A stretch of DNA of 46,410 nt, taken from a virus. Lineage: Duplodnaviria > Caudoviricetes. The stretch's first letter is position 1; each line of letters starts with the position of its first letter. The notes beneath the pieces were generated by a model. The model was not told the origin of the DNA. It worked only from the letters and a program-made list of their open reading frames with translations, and searched no databases. Shown here one piece after another: positions 17,901 to 27,475 of this stretch. The translations under genes were made by a program, and so were the position numbers. The stretch covers positions 1 to 46,410 of IMG/VR virus record IMGVR_UViG_3300033487_000012; one strand, written 5' to 3'.

Positions 17901-20900
17901 ACGGAAATCCCCCTGCAATGGTCCGAGCGGATGTGGGAGGACTACAAGAAATTCAAGGATGAACTATCTCCGGGAGAGATCACGGGCAACATCAAAGTCC
18001 TAGACGACCTGACGGCCGTGTTTTGGAAACAAGAAGTTGCGGCCAAAGAAATGGCCGCAGCCCTACCGCACGGGTGGTGGGGAACGATGGCCGAGGACAT
18101 CACGGGGGTCGATAAGAAAGTCAATGCCCTGGTCGCGTCCTTTGATGAATTGGGGCTGAATAGCCTAGCTCAGGTGCAGGCGCTCAACCCCGAATTCTTC
18201 CAGGATAACGCGGAAGCGATTTCCGAGCTTGCCGTCAAATGGCAGGATTACCCGGCCGCGTTCAAGGCCATGTATCCGGAAGTCGATGCTCTGATTGAAC
18301 GGTTCTACGCCCTGAACAAATCGGGGGCTATTGTCTCCAACAAGATGAAAGAATACACGGACAGCTTGAGCACGGAAATTGCCCAGATGTCCGATGATGC
18401 GACCGCGAAACTTGCCGATTTGCAACAGCAACTGGAGACCCAGCTCGGGGGTCAGTTCAGCGGTAAGGAAATGCGGTTCTTGAAGGAGACGTGGAGTAAG
18501 CAACTGGAGGACATCGACAAGAAATACTGGCAGACAATGCGGAAGATTGCGGCCACGCCCATTGGCCCGACACGAGAAGCCCAGATCCAAGAATGGCTCT
18601 TCATCTTGAACGGGTGGCGGGACACGATGTTGAAGGTCGTGGAGACCAATATCAAAGTGTTCCGTGGCAACTGGGCCGAGGCCATGGGGTTCACACCGCG
18701 CCAGGTCCGCCGCATCGTCCAGATGGAGATCAAGATTGTCCCGAACATCCAGGGGGCCGTGAAGCTCAGCCCAGGAATCGAAGGGAACAAGATGCCGGAT
18801 CTGTCCGGTATCTTTGGCAAGGTGTCACCGGGGATTGAGGGCGACAAGAACTTCTGGGAAGGGTACACCATCAAGGAGGAGGAGTTCGAGAAGCTCCAGA
18901 AGTTCGCCAACGAATGGAAGAAGATTACCGAGGCCATCAATGAGGCCTTGACGTTGATGTCTCGGCTCGGCGACCTGCTTCGCAATCTGGGGTTAGAGGT
19001 CGCGGCAGACATTATCTCCGCTGCCGTCACTGCTGCACAAGAGATGTGGCAGATGATGACGGAGTTTGCAAAGGCCCTCAAAACCCATGACTATGTCGGT
19101 ATGATTTCTGCAGGCATTGGGGCTGCGGGCGCGTTTGCCAAAGCGTTACAAGCCCCCACCCGTGGACAGCGGGCAGCTGGTGGAGCCGCCAGTGGAGCCA
19201 TGGCCGGGGCCGCGATTGGGACCATGATCATGCCGGGTATCGGCACAGCGATTGGCGCAGGCATCGGCGGATTCGCCGGATTCATTGCAGGAATAGCAAA
19301 GAAGGATCCGGGGTGGAAGCAGATCATGGGCCGGGTCGGGAACGACTACGGTATGGCGTTCAAGGCCGGGTTCGAAGGCATTAGTGAGGATTTGGCCAAG
19401 GCGATTGAGGCCGATGCCAAGAAGTTGTTCGGCGGGGATTGGCAAGCGGCTGAAATCTTCAACATGAGTAAGATCATGGAGGAGACCGGGGGCGTCGATA
19501 CGACGAACCTGGATGCCTGGACCGATAAACTCAACGATGTCTTCGTGATGTTGAAGACCGGAAAGTTCACCGTTGAACAAGCGGGTCAGGCTTTCGATAG
19601 CGCATTTGCCCAGATTTCTCAAGCCGTGATTGATTCCGAACGGATCGCCTCTCCCGCGTTCCTACTGATGATTCAACGGGCGCGGGAATTCGGAATCGAG
19701 TCCAAGGCATTGGCCGACTTCATTTCGGGGCAGTTCACACGGGCCATGACCGCGTGGGCCGCGCTGGTGTCCCCGTTAGCCAAGTGGTCAACGGAAGCCG
19801 CCACCGCCCGTCAGGAGTTGACGGATTTCAATGCGGAGATGGAGAAGTCCGGAAAGTACGATCCGAAGACGGGCAAATATAAAGACCTTGGTGTTGAGGA
19901 CCAGAAGACGCTAGACGAGATCAACAAGAAGTTGAAGGGCGTCAAATTCACGGTCGCGGACGTGACCAAGGAGTTCGAGGCGTTTAACGCGGAAATGGAG
20001 AAGTCGGGTAAGTACGATCCCAAAACGGGTACGTACACCGGCCTCGGTGTTGGGGACCAGAAGCGACTGGATGAGCTGAACGCCAAGATGAAGGAGGCCA
20101 AGGAGAGTACGGCCGATGCGTCGAAGGAGGCCGAGCGGTTGGGCCGACTGCTGATGGCGGCATTCAACGGGGCGGTGAAGTCCGGTATGGACTTCTTCGC
20201 AGTCATGGACGCGATGGGACCGAACCTGGACACGCTGATTCAACTGTACAAGGATCTGGGCATCACGTCAGACAACGCGGCCCTAAACTCGTTGATGCAC
20301 TATCGAGAGCTGTACAACAAGAACAAGGAACTGGTTGACGGGGTGCGTGCGTTAAACGAGATGACGCTGGCGTTGTCGAACCTGGGCGCGTTGAGCGCGG
20401 AATCCTTGGCCGATTTGGAGGCCCAGGGATTGGCGATGTATGACCAGATGATCGAGGCCGGGTTCACGGAGCAAGAAACGCTGATGGCGATGCTGCCGTG
20501 GCTCCGGAACGTGTTTGACGCACATGTAAAGCTGGGCATCCCGATTGACGAGAACACACAGAAGTTGATTGACCAGGCGAACAAGTTGGGATTATTGGAG
20601 GACAACGACCCGACGAGTATCCTGAAACAAGGATTTAAGGATCTGATTCAGGCCGTCAAGGATTTGACGGACGCGTTACTGGGCATTCCGAAGCGCGTGG
20701 ATTCGGATGTCAACGTCAACTATCACTACAACGATCCTGGTCGGCCGGGTGGTCCGGATGGCGGTGGCAAGGATGGAGAACCGGATCCGAATCCTCAAGC
20801 GTTCGGGGGCAGCTATTGGGTGACGCAGCCAACGATGTTCGTGGCCGGAGAAGCTGGTCCCGAGTACGCGATGTTCAGCGGGGCGAATCAGTCCTTTTCC

Positions 20901-21026
20901 GCGGCCGATATTCCGGGAGGGCGCGGCGGCGGGACGGTCGTGATCAACATCGACCGGCGGAAACTGGCCGAACTCCTGGTGCCGGAGATTCCTGGCATCG
21001 TGCGTGAGTACGGGTTGGGACGATGA
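14970..21026 (+). CDS. Tape measure protein (TP901-type N-terminal domain), 2018 aa
   Basis: VG.I.VRVGAD, FDKAM, YSA.EAAEG..LASAG; Ala-rich helical body; C-terminal AFGG..VTQPTMFVAGEAGPE. Confidence 0.93.
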   Translation: MIGGTTVGTIFVRVGADASGLVTGFQKATREIERFGSRVFFMGSRMTAGITMPIMVAAGAVGKFGVEFDKAMTESLAIMDGVTPKIRKDMEEVARSISESSKYSAKEAAEGFYHLASAGYSATEAMQLLPVTTRFAQAGVMDLAKATEYLAGAQQSLGMRMEDPIENAKEMTRISDVLTEANNRALGTIEDFAQAITNKAGAQLRIYNKTVEEGTAALMALASQNVKGRLAGQQLYMVMRDLARFSLANADAWKKYGISVYDAVGNMRNLGDIITDVDKAMNKMSVVEQTKMWKALGFTDRTRAAIQYFRGMGQEMHNYENALNNAAGATERVANNQMKAFANQMQVVWNKIKNVAIELFNAFAPTLLNIVIPAVERLIERFAKFAKWVSTWSDQTKVLTLIFLGLAAAMGPIITVMGSQILFLSAIVGGFTALGTSIRFITGLVVTATKAWNDYAKAQGAVTLAQSFAWASGAVPGAATSKAVSTTGAKVATGAAAAAALGPGARQTISAGLLAYRQEELAARQAAAAIAGLSAAQIASMKMMATNAPEVTRKMGELTRAAVASSAATTNAVASGAKNVGVLNSIVTHSLNLLGKVPMGIGLFVRGILGPFAAIATGVRLFSDSWSEAFMVIWNVTMKIPNQVIGILRSLQKQMEPVIDLLFGDDTVSDMKRAVGTWDEWKTAASDLGTVSWNWINDLIKQFNKLAEEERNAYYYIPLISDALKALSKLTFGTDLKNEIKNALFPGVGFMQAAWELIKHQTGAKSVPDLLSLMTYSGEEGQARVDESERAARAAFEKQMGELYGASSGMPYVGFPGTNLPGRPYTPSASVISGPAPERMFTPGYLGPAYEAMGGTGGMTGQISGLPQMLSGFEKVGKLPEFMKEVQKVWYRLAKAPPEERQKATMEVIERYQAQMKEGAFPEGLQKPTRPEPVDRNLSSQRDYFSRYTEGQSNDLKNMAAAATNAAIMFFDAFPDATEIPLQWSERMWEDYKKFKDELSPGEITGNIKVLDDLTAVFWKQEVAAKEMAAALPHGWWGTMAEDITGVDKKVNALVASFDELGLNSLAQVQALNPEFFQDNAEAISELAVKWQDYPAAFKAMYPEVDALIERFYALNKSGAIVSNKMKEYTDSLSTEIAQMSDDATAKLADLQQQLETQLGGQFSGKEMRFLKETWSKQLEDIDKKYWQTMRKIAATPIGPTREAQIQEWLFILNGWRDTMLKVVETNIKVFRGNWAEAMGFTPRQVRRIVQMEIKIVPNIQGAVKLSPGIEGNKMPDLSGIFGKVSPGIEGDKNFWEGYTIKEEEFEKLQKFANEWKKITEAINEALTLMSRLGDLLRNLGLEVAADIISAAVTAAQEMWQMMTEFAKALKTHDYVGMISAGIGAAGAFAKALQAPTRGQRAAGGAASGAMAGAAIGTMIMPGIGTAIGAGIGGFAGFIAGIAKKDPGWKQIMGRVGNDYGMAFKAGFEGISEDLAKAIEADAKKLFGGDWQAAEIFNMSKIMEETGGVDTTNLDAWTDKLNDVFVMLKTGKFTVEQAGQAFDSAFAQISQAVIDSERIASPAFLLMIQRAREFGIESKALADFISGQFTRAMTAWAALVSPLAKWSTEAATARQELTDFNAEMEKSGKYDPKTGKYKDLGVEDQKTLDEINKKLKGVKFTVADVTKEFEAFNAEMEKSGKYDPKTGTYTGLGVGDQKRLDELNAKMKEAKESTADASKEAERLGRLLMAAFNGAVKSGMDFFAVMDAMGPNLDTLIQLYKDLGITSDNAALNSLMHYRELYNKNKELVDGVRALNEMTLALSNLGALSAESLADLEAQGLAMYDQMIEAGFTEQETLMAMLPWLRNVFDAHVKLGIPIDENTQKLIDQANKLGLLEDNDPTSILKQGFKDLIQAVKDLTDALLGIPKRVDSDVNVNYHYNDPGRPGGPDGGGKDGEPDPNPQAFGGSYWVTQPTMFVAGEAGPEYAMFSGANQSFSAADIPGGRGGGTVVINIDRRKLAELLVPEIPGIVREYGLGR
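19827..20090 (+). repeat. Internal duplication in TMP (2 copies, 156 nt apart)
   Basis: FNAEMEKSGKYDPKTG..LGV.DQK.LDE.N at 19827 and 19983. Confidence 0.85.
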
Positions 21027-22570
21027 GTATAGAAATCACCATCAACGGCACGCCGCGAGGGATGCAGACGCTCTCGATTTCTTCTGCCCAGAATAACCGG
21101 GACCGCTGTACGTTCAAGTACATGTTGCCGGTCGGCACCACCGGTCCCGCCATTGATGACGAGATCATCGTGACCGAAGACCAGGGCGGGGGGCCGATCC
21201 GGATCTTCGGCGGCACGGTCAAGGAACCGACGATTTCGGGATTGGCGCAGACGCCGACCGATGAAATCGAGTACAACGTCAACGCCCTGGACTTCAACGA
21301 ACTGGGGGACCGGCAGATCGTCACGCTGACCATTCCGGCCGGGACCACGTTGAAGGCCGCAGCCACGATGCTGTTGCCCTACATGGACGGGGTGACGCTG
21401 AACATGTCGGTGAACGGACCGGCGCTACCCCAGCTCACCTATGAGGTGTTGAGCGTCACCAAGGTGCTCGATGACCTGTGCGCGAACACGGGCTGGTTGC
21501 GGAACATCGACTATTACAAGGTGCTGTCGTTCTGGGAACCGGGCACCTGGGACGCGCCGTGGGACATTCAGAACGAGGACGGGAACACGGTCGGGGATGT
21601 GTCCGTCAAGGAATCCCGCACCGACTACGCGAATCAGGTGATTGTCCGGTTCTCGGAAGCGGCCCGGTACGCGTACATCTTCCTAGGTCCGCCACGGTCG
21701 CACCCCGATCCCGCGAACGCGAACTTCCGTCCCGGTGAAGAAGTTACCCTGGGCAGCCACACGTACACCTTCGTAGCGGGTGGCCCGTATGAAAGTTACC
21801 AGATTCAGCTGGGTGCGACTGGCCAGGAAAGTCACAACATCCTGATGGCGGCGGTCGTGGACGGTGGGGCCAGTCATGCCGGGGTCATGGACGACGGCAT
21901 CCAGGCCAGCACCCAGATGTTCGCGTACAACATGGGCCGGTCGGAGTTGATGACGTGCTTTCGCGCCCTGGAACCGGGCGATGCCGGGAACAGCATTGCC
22001 TGTACCACGAACGCGGTGGAGATGTACTTCTACGGAGAGGGAGGCGTCGATCACGATACCTTCCACTTGGGGTCCGATGAAGCGCTCACGAACTCGGTCG
22101 TGGTCAACGACACCGCGCAACAGGCGCTGTACGGGGTCTATTCCAGGGTGGTGGATTCGCCCTCCATCTTTTCCCCCGTGGATGCCACGGCCCTGGGGAC
22201 ACAGGTCTTGAGTATCTCCATGGTCGTGGAGCGAGAAATCACCTACGACACGTACCGGTCGGGGCTGTTTGTCGGGATGTCGCAATGGATTGAAGTATTT
22301 GACCGCAACATCGACGAGTCTTGCCTCATCACGGCAATCAACTACAACCTGAATCCAAGCGAGTACGAACGGCGCACGGTGACGGCCATCTCGGGCACCC
22401 GGTATGACGGGAGCAAATGGCGGGACTTGTACAAGGCGTGGTTGGGCAGCAGTGGAAGTGGGACCAGTATGACGTTCAATCCTGGTGCCACCAGCGGCAA
22501 TACCGTGGTCCAGGGACCGGTCATTGCGTATCTGGGCGGGTCACGGTTCCACGCAGTTCAGATTCCGTAG
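21023..22570 (+). CDS. Tail tip/baseplate hub protein
   Basis: Immediately after TMP; RIFGG.V, W..IDYYK.L.F, DYANQVIV patterns. Confidence 0.7.
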   Translation: MSIEITINGTPRGMQTLSISSAQNNRDRCTFKYMLPVGTTGPAIDDEIIVTEDQGGGPIRIFGGTVKEPTISGLAQTPTDEIEYNVNALDFNELGDRQIVTLTIPAGTTLKAAATMLLPYMDGVTLNMSVNGPALPQLTYEVLSVTKVLDDLCANTGWLRNIDYYKVLSFWEPGTWDAPWDIQNEDGNTVGDVSVKESRTDYANQVIVRFSEAARYAYIFLGPPRSHPDPANANFRPGEEVTLGSHTYTFVAGGPYESYQIQLGATGQESHNILMAAVVDGGASHAGVMDDGIQASTQMFAYNMGRSELMTCFRALEPGDAGNSIACTTNAVEMYFYGEGGVDHDTFHLGSDEALTNSVVVNDTAQQALYGVYSRVVDSPSIFSPVDATALGTQVLSISMVVEREITYDTYRSGLFVGMSQWIEVFDRNIDESCLITAINYNLNPSEYERRTVTAISGTRYDGSKWRDLYKAWLGSSGSGTSMTFNPGATSGNTVVQGPVIAYLGGSRFHAVQIP

Positions 22571-22579
22571 GAGTAGGGC

Positions 22580-23047
22580 ATGTCGTCACAACCCGGAACC
22601 ACCTACGGCACGCAGTTCGAGTTCGAAGAAACAGGCCAACGGTTCTATGCCGGGACCGGGGATCCGAACGGGGTCCAGGTCGGGTCGGTCGGGGACTTCT
22701 ACTTTCGCGCCGACTGTTCGATGACGGTGCCGCCGCTGTACGCGAAGCTGACCGGCACGGCGTCGAACACCGGCTGGGTACCGATTGCCACCGGCTACGG
22801 CAGCACGGTGTCTGCCCATGTCATCACGCCGCTGACCGGCGAACTGACGATTGAGGGGCAGTCGGGCGCGGGATTGAGTACGGGGGCGCTTCAGATTGTC
22901 GGGAATCAGCCCGTGATCGTGGTGGCGCATTTGATTCAGCCCAGTACGGGGGAACTGACCATCGAAGGTCAGAAGATTCCGACCGTGTTCCCGAAGACCG
23001 GAGAGCTGACCATCGAGGGAAATCAGCCGATTGTGACGGTGACCTGA
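22580..23047 (+). CDS. Tail protein with G.G.P.G motif and four PxTGxLxIxGxQP repeats
   Basis: Repeats TPLTGELTIEGQ, LSTGALQIVGNQP, QPSTGELTIEGQ, FPKTGELTIEGNQP. Confidence 0.75.
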   Translation: MSSQPGTTYGTQFEFEETGQRFYAGTGDPNGVQVGSVGDFYFRADCSMTVPPLYAKLTGTASNTGWVPIATGYGSTVSAHVITPLTGELTIEGQSGAGLSTGALQIVGNQPVIVVAHLIQPSTGELTIEGQKIPTVFPKTGELTIEGNQPIVTVT

Positions 23048-23048
23048 C

Positions 23049-23360
23049 ATGGCGTGGAGTTGGACGGACGTAGCCAATTTCGTCGAGATAGAGCTTCGGG
23101 ATACCGATACCGAAACCGGGAAGGTGTTCGTGACAGCCGATGCCTGGTCACGGGATGCGGGGGTCACGATGCGCGTACGCCTGCAGAACGTGACCGACAA
23201 CACGACCGCCGGAGAAAGTGCCGACGTGACCTCAACGGTTCCGGCCGATGCCTCGTTCCAGGCAACGTTGGCCACGGGACCAGAACGGTACCGGCTTCAG
23301 GTGGGGAGCGAAACCAGCGGGGTACGAGTATTTGCAATCGGGATGGTAACCAGCTCATAG
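23049..23360 (+). CDS. Small beta-sandwich tail protein, paralog of a domain in 27476-30487
   Basis: W.D...FV...L...W.R....M..RL..T....AGES..V...Y.LQ...FA.G present in both. Confidence 0.7.
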   Translation: MAWSWTDVANFVEIELRDTDTETGKVFVTADAWSRDAGVTMRVRLQNVTDNTTAGESADVTSTVPADASFQATLATGPERYRLQVGSETSGVRVFAIGMVTSS

Positions 23361-23369
23361 GAGTCTTCG

Positions 23370-24383
23370 ATGGGACTCGTCTTTATCGACAGTTTTGACC
23401 ACGCGACCACACCGGATCAACTGGCTACGAAGTACCTAGGCCAGTACGTCAACAGTTACTCCCCGACAGCGGGGCGACGTGGCGGGGGCTGTATGTCGGG
23501 GTGGTACGGATCGATTAACTGTCCGATGAGTGGGGATGATACGGTCGTCGTAGGGTGTGCGAGAGAACATGACGGAGTAGGAGACGGAGCCGCATTTATC
23601 AATACGTATGACTCTGAGAGTAGGCGTCATGTGTATATTGCAGAGACTTCATTGGGGTCGTTGAGTGCGGTGGTAGATAACGGGTACAGTCCACACACCG
23701 TACTGGGCCGTACCCGGAATGGAGTAATCCAGAATGGGTCGTGGTATTACTACGAAGCCAAGATTAGAGTACACGGATCTGACGGGTACGTGATCTTACG
23801 TGTAAACGAGGTTACAGAACTAACGGTGACGAGCCAGAATACCCTACCGGCTGGGGCAAACGCGGAGATTTGGTTCGTGCAGTTACACGACGGATCGTAC
23901 ATGAACGGGGGTAAACTGGATGATGTCTACATTCTTGACTCGTCCGGTACGCTGAACGATTTTCTTGGCGACGTGCGCGTGGAGGCGCACTTTCCAAAAG
24001 CGAATGGCAATTCGTCGGGATGGACGCCTTCGACGGGCGCGAACTGGGAGACCACAGACGAACACGCGCCGAATACCACGGACTACAACTCCACCACTAC
24101 CCTGAATGCCCTTGATACCCTTGACGTGGAGGATTTGAAGAACACGGGCGGAAATATCAAGGGCGTCCAGATGCTGGTCTACCACAAGAAGAATGACGCT
24201 GGCGGATGCCTGATGGCCCCGGTGGTGCGGGTCGGAGGCGTGGATTACGTGGGGGCAGACTTTGCCCCGTCCGATAGCTCGTGGCGGTACGAGCGCCGGG
24301 TGCATGAGAAGGATCCGGCGGGGAGCGCATGGTCCGAGTCGAGCTTTAACGCGGCCGAGTTCGGCTACAAGAAGACGGGGTGA
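23370..24383 (+). CDS. Tail accessory/receptor-binding paralog 1 (LamG/ConA-like plus conserved C-terminal domain)
   Basis: WYYYEAKI..HG..G, DDVYILD.SG..NDFLGD.R, terminal AEFG. Confidence 0.7.
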   Translation: MGLVFIDSFDHATTPDQLATKYLGQYVNSYSPTAGRRGGGCMSGWYGSINCPMSGDDTVVVGCAREHDGVGDGAAFINTYDSESRRHVYIAETSLGSLSAVVDNGYSPHTVLGRTRNGVIQNGSWYYYEAKIRVHGSDGYVILRVNEVTELTVTSQNTLPAGANAEIWFVQLHDGSYMNGGKLDDVYILDSSGTLNDFLGDVRVEAHFPKANGNSSGWTPSTGANWETTDEHAPNTTDYNSTTTLNALDTLDVEDLKNTGGNIKGVQMLVYHKKNDAGGCLMAPVVRVGGVDYVGADFAPSDSSWRYERRVHEKDPAGSAWSESSFNAAEFGYKKTG

Positions 24384-24387
24384 CACG

Positions 24388-25431
24388 ATGGCTCTGTGGC
24401 GTGTATGTAGCAGTGAAAATCTTGCCACGGCGGATCTCTCGGCACGGTGGCCCAGTGGAACAAGCCAAGCGTCAATAACGTCGGGAGTGGTCGGAAACGC
24501 CATCCTTCTTTCAGGAGCCAGTGGCGGATATCTGTGGTACCAGCACCCTACGGGGCATACCTCGGTGTGGTGTGCGTTCGATATGAAGTACACGGGGGCG
24601 TACAGCGACGGGTATACGTGGCTCCAGTTTGGGGACACCTCCTACAAAAAGGTGCATTTACAGATACATAGTTCCCATTACATGAAGGCGTGGCGTGGCC
24701 CGAATAGCGAGTCATGTACGAACAACTACTGTAACGGCACCGAGCTTGGTACTGGCACGTTCTATATCTCTTACGATACGTGGTATCACTTTCAAGTTGA
24801 AGTGACCGTAGATGGATCGGCCGGTATCGTCAAGACGTGGATCAACGGTGTGGCGGACCTGAATCTGACCAGTCAAAACACACAGCCCACGGGCGGGGTC
24901 GCCACCGTGACCCGGATCAACTTCTGGGGCGGGGTCGGTACCTACGACAACTTTGTGTATGGGGACGCTTCCGGAAGCGTCAACATCCATCCCCCCGGCG
25001 TAGCCCGAGTGGATGCCCATGTGCCGGTCAGCCCGAATGGGTCTGATAGCGAGTGGACACGCTCCACGGGCAGTGATAACTGGGTGCTGGTGGACGACGC
25101 GGCGGCATCCACAGGCACGGGCGACTATATCGAATCCTCCGCCGTAGGGGACCAGACCAGTTTCCATGTGGAAGCCTTGAAGGTAGCAGGTGGGGTGATG
25201 TACGGCGCACAGGTGACGGCGTATTTGTCCAAAGTCAATGCGGGGCCGGGACTGGTCAAACCGTATGTGCTGCGTGGTGGAACTCGATATTACGGCCCAG
25301 AGTGGGCACCCTCCTTTGGATCGTGGCAGTTCTTCCAGTATGTGTGGGATCAGGATCCTGCGGCGGGGCCGGGTGCGTGGACCGAAACCAATTTCAATAA
25401 TAGCGAGTTTGGGTTGGAACGCACCGCGTAG
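24388..25431 (+). CDS. Tail accessory/receptor-binding paralog 2
   Basis: Start MALWR at 24388; WYHFQVEV, ARVDAH.P.SPNG, terminal SEFG. Confidence 0.7.
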   Translation: MALWRVCSSENLATADLSARWPSGTSQASITSGVVGNAILLSGASGGYLWYQHPTGHTSVWCAFDMKYTGAYSDGYTWLQFGDTSYKKVHLQIHSSHYMKAWRGPNSESCTNNYCNGTELGTGTFYISYDTWYHFQVEVTVDGSAGIVKTWINGVADLNLTSQNTQPTGGVATVTRINFWGGVGTYDNFVYGDASGSVNIHPPGVARVDAHVPVSPNGSDSEWTRSTGSDNWVLVDDAAASTGTGDYIESSAVGDQTSFHVEALKVAGGVMYGAQVTAYLSKVNAGPGLVKPYVLRGGTRYYGPEWAPSFGSWQFFQYVWDQDPAAGPGAWTETNFNNSEFGLERTA

Positions 25432-25441
25432 GAGAACAGCG

Positions 25442-26482
25442 ATGGCCCTGTTGTGGATGGACGGGTACGACCACTATGACAGTATTACCTATAAGTATTG
25501 GTCATGGTCGGGCGGTACCGTTGTGTGGAGCGGTGACCACCGAACTGGTACTCGATGCTGCAATAACGGGTACGGGTTACTCCAATTAAAGACGGTAACG
25601 ACAGCACGCATGACCTGTGGATTTGCGTGGAGAAACTCAAGTCTTGGTGGTGGATGTGGGTTTTACGGTAGTGACGGTACGACACAACTCATGGTGCATG
25701 TGAATGACTCTGGGGGATTCAACGTCTACCGTGGAGGAAGTGCTACAGCGTGGCAATCGCCATTGACGACGACTGGAGCTACGCTTCTCGGTTCAACCGC
25801 CGCTGGTATTGTTAATGCAAATACGTGGTATTACATCGAGGTTCAAGCACACATTCGCAACGCCACAGGAAGTGTGCTTATCCACGTTAATGGGGTCAAT
25901 GTTCCGACTACACCGGATTTGTCTACGGGCAGCATTGACACCTGTTACACGCAGGAAAATTGTTTCGGGTTCGCAGTAGCGGCGTTAGCTAATGGTATTA
26001 CTGACGACGTATACGTGCTTGATAATTCTGGCAGTGTCAACACGACCTTCTTAGGGGACACCCGCATTGATGCCCATTATCCTGTTACCCCTAACGGCAC
26101 AGATACGGGATTTTCTCGATCCACTGGGTCTGATGATTGGGCTATCCTCGACGAAACACCCGCTAATACAACGGACTACATCTATGCGGATGCGGTGGGA
26201 GAAAAAACATCTGTTCATGTGACCCCACTCATTAACACGGGCGGGACAATTTCCGGTGTGCAGGTCAGTGCCTTTGCGACGAAGAACGACGCTGGCCCGT
26301 GTGGTTTCAAGATTTATCTGCTGTCAAATAGCACCCGTTATTACAGTGAGGAGTTTTTCCCGTCGTACGGATCATGGAAGCTGTTTACATGGCGGTGGGA
26401 ACAGCATCCGTACCCCTCTGACGAAGCGTGGACCGAAGCGGATTACAACGCCTGTGAGTTTGGCGTTGAGCGGACGACGTAG
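25442..26482 (+). CDS. Tail accessory/receptor-binding paralog 3
   Basis: Start MALLWMDGYDH at 25442 after taggag; WYYIEVQ, DDVYVLD.SG.N.FLGD.R, terminal CEFG. Confidence 0.7.
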   Translation: MALLWMDGYDHYDSITYKYWSWSGGTVVWSGDHRTGTRCCNNGYGLLQLKTVTTARMTCGFAWRNSSLGGGCGFYGSDGTTQLMVHVNDSGGFNVYRGGSATAWQSPLTTTGATLLGSTAAGIVNANTWYYIEVQAHIRNATGSVLIHVNGVNVPTTPDLSTGSIDTCYTQENCFGFAVAALANGITDDVYVLDNSGSVNTTFLGDTRIDAHYPVTPNGTDTGFSRSTGSDDWAILDETPANTTDYIYADAVGEKTSVHVTPLINTGGTISGVQVSAFATKNDAGPCGFKIYLLSNSTRYYSEEFFPSYGSWKLFTWRWEQHPYPSDEAWTEADYNACEFGVERTT

Positions 26483-26491
26483 GAGTACATC

Positions 26492-27472
26492 ATGGCGCTA
26501 CTACTGATGGATGGGTTTGAGCATACAGGCTCCTATGGGGCGCGTAAATGGGTTGCCTCTTCTTCAGTGTCAACGACGCAGGCGCATACGGGTTCGTACT
26601 CCTCAACCTCCGCGTTTGCTGTCTTGCCCAATATTAGTGGCTCAACGTGCATTGTCGGAGCGTGGGTATATGGCAACGGATTTCGTATACGGGTAATGGA
26701 CGGTTATTCAGACCTGAATAGCACCACACAATGCAGCGTGTGTGTGCAGGCAGACGGAAGAGTTACCTTCAATAACGGCAATGCCGGAACGATACTCGGT
26801 AGTAGTGTTGCTGGACTAGCGACCGCAAATGTTTGGCACTTTGTTGAGTTTAAGGTGGTCATTCATGCCTCTGCGGGGACTGTCACGGTCAACTTTAACG
26901 GAAATGCGATCATCACAGAAACAGGTAAGAATACGGCGTATGTGGGGGGTACAGAGTGGACCGGCATTATTCTTCAGGCCGGAAGTTACTATGACGACGT
27001 TTGGATTTGTGATGGGTCTGGGTCATACAACAACGACTTTCTTGGTCCCTGTCGTGTAGAAACATTATTGCCCTCGACAGGTAACGGATCGAATACCGAC
27101 TTTACGTGTTCTACCAGCACAGACCACGGAGAAATGGTCAACGATGCCACGGCTCCAAACGACAATACCGATTATGTGTACAGCAGCACGCTGAATCATG
27201 TAGACACATGGAACTACCCATCAATGACGTACTCAGGCACCATCAAAGCGGTGCAGTTGTGTTTGGGCGTCAGTAAGGATGAAACGGGAGCCAGAGCGAT
27301 TGCAGCCGTGGCGCGTCCTGCCAGTACGAACCGTGTTCACGCGACCAATCGGTACCTCGGAGTTGGGTATGAGTATCATCGGGTGGTCTACGAAGTAAAT
27401 CCCGAAGATAGTGCGGCATGGGAAGTGGCTGATGTAAACGGGGCCGAGTTTGGAGTAAAGGTCACGGTGTAA
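26492..27472 (+). CDS. Tail accessory/receptor-binding paralog 4
   Basis: MALLLMDGFEH; WHFVEFK, DDVWICD.SG.NNDFLG..R, terminal AEFG. Confidence 0.7.
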   Translation: MALLLMDGFEHTGSYGARKWVASSSVSTTQAHTGSYSSTSAFAVLPNISGSTCIVGAWVYGNGFRIRVMDGYSDLNSTTQCSVCVQADGRVTFNNGNAGTILGSSVAGLATANVWHFVEFKVVIHASAGTVTVNFNGNAIITETGKNTAYVGGTEWTGIILQAGSYYDDVWICDGSGSYNNDFLGPCRVETLLPSTGNGSNTDFTCSTSTDHGEMVNDATAPNDNTDYVYSSTLNHVDTWNYPSMTYSGTIKAVQLCLGVSKDETGARAIAAVARPASTNRVHATNRYLGVGYEYHRVVYEVNPEDSAAWEVADVNGAEFGVKVTV

Positions 27473-27475
27473 GGC

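Noticed and set aside
22568-26492. TAG stops followed in frame by the next gene (22570/22580, 23360/23370, 26482/26492), suggesting stop-codon recoding or readthrough
   Set aside because: TAG is part of a TAGGAG Shine-Dalgarno; equivalent junctions have 8- or 10-nt spacers (25431, 31980, 38081, 40981), and conserved genes are not interrupted by TAG
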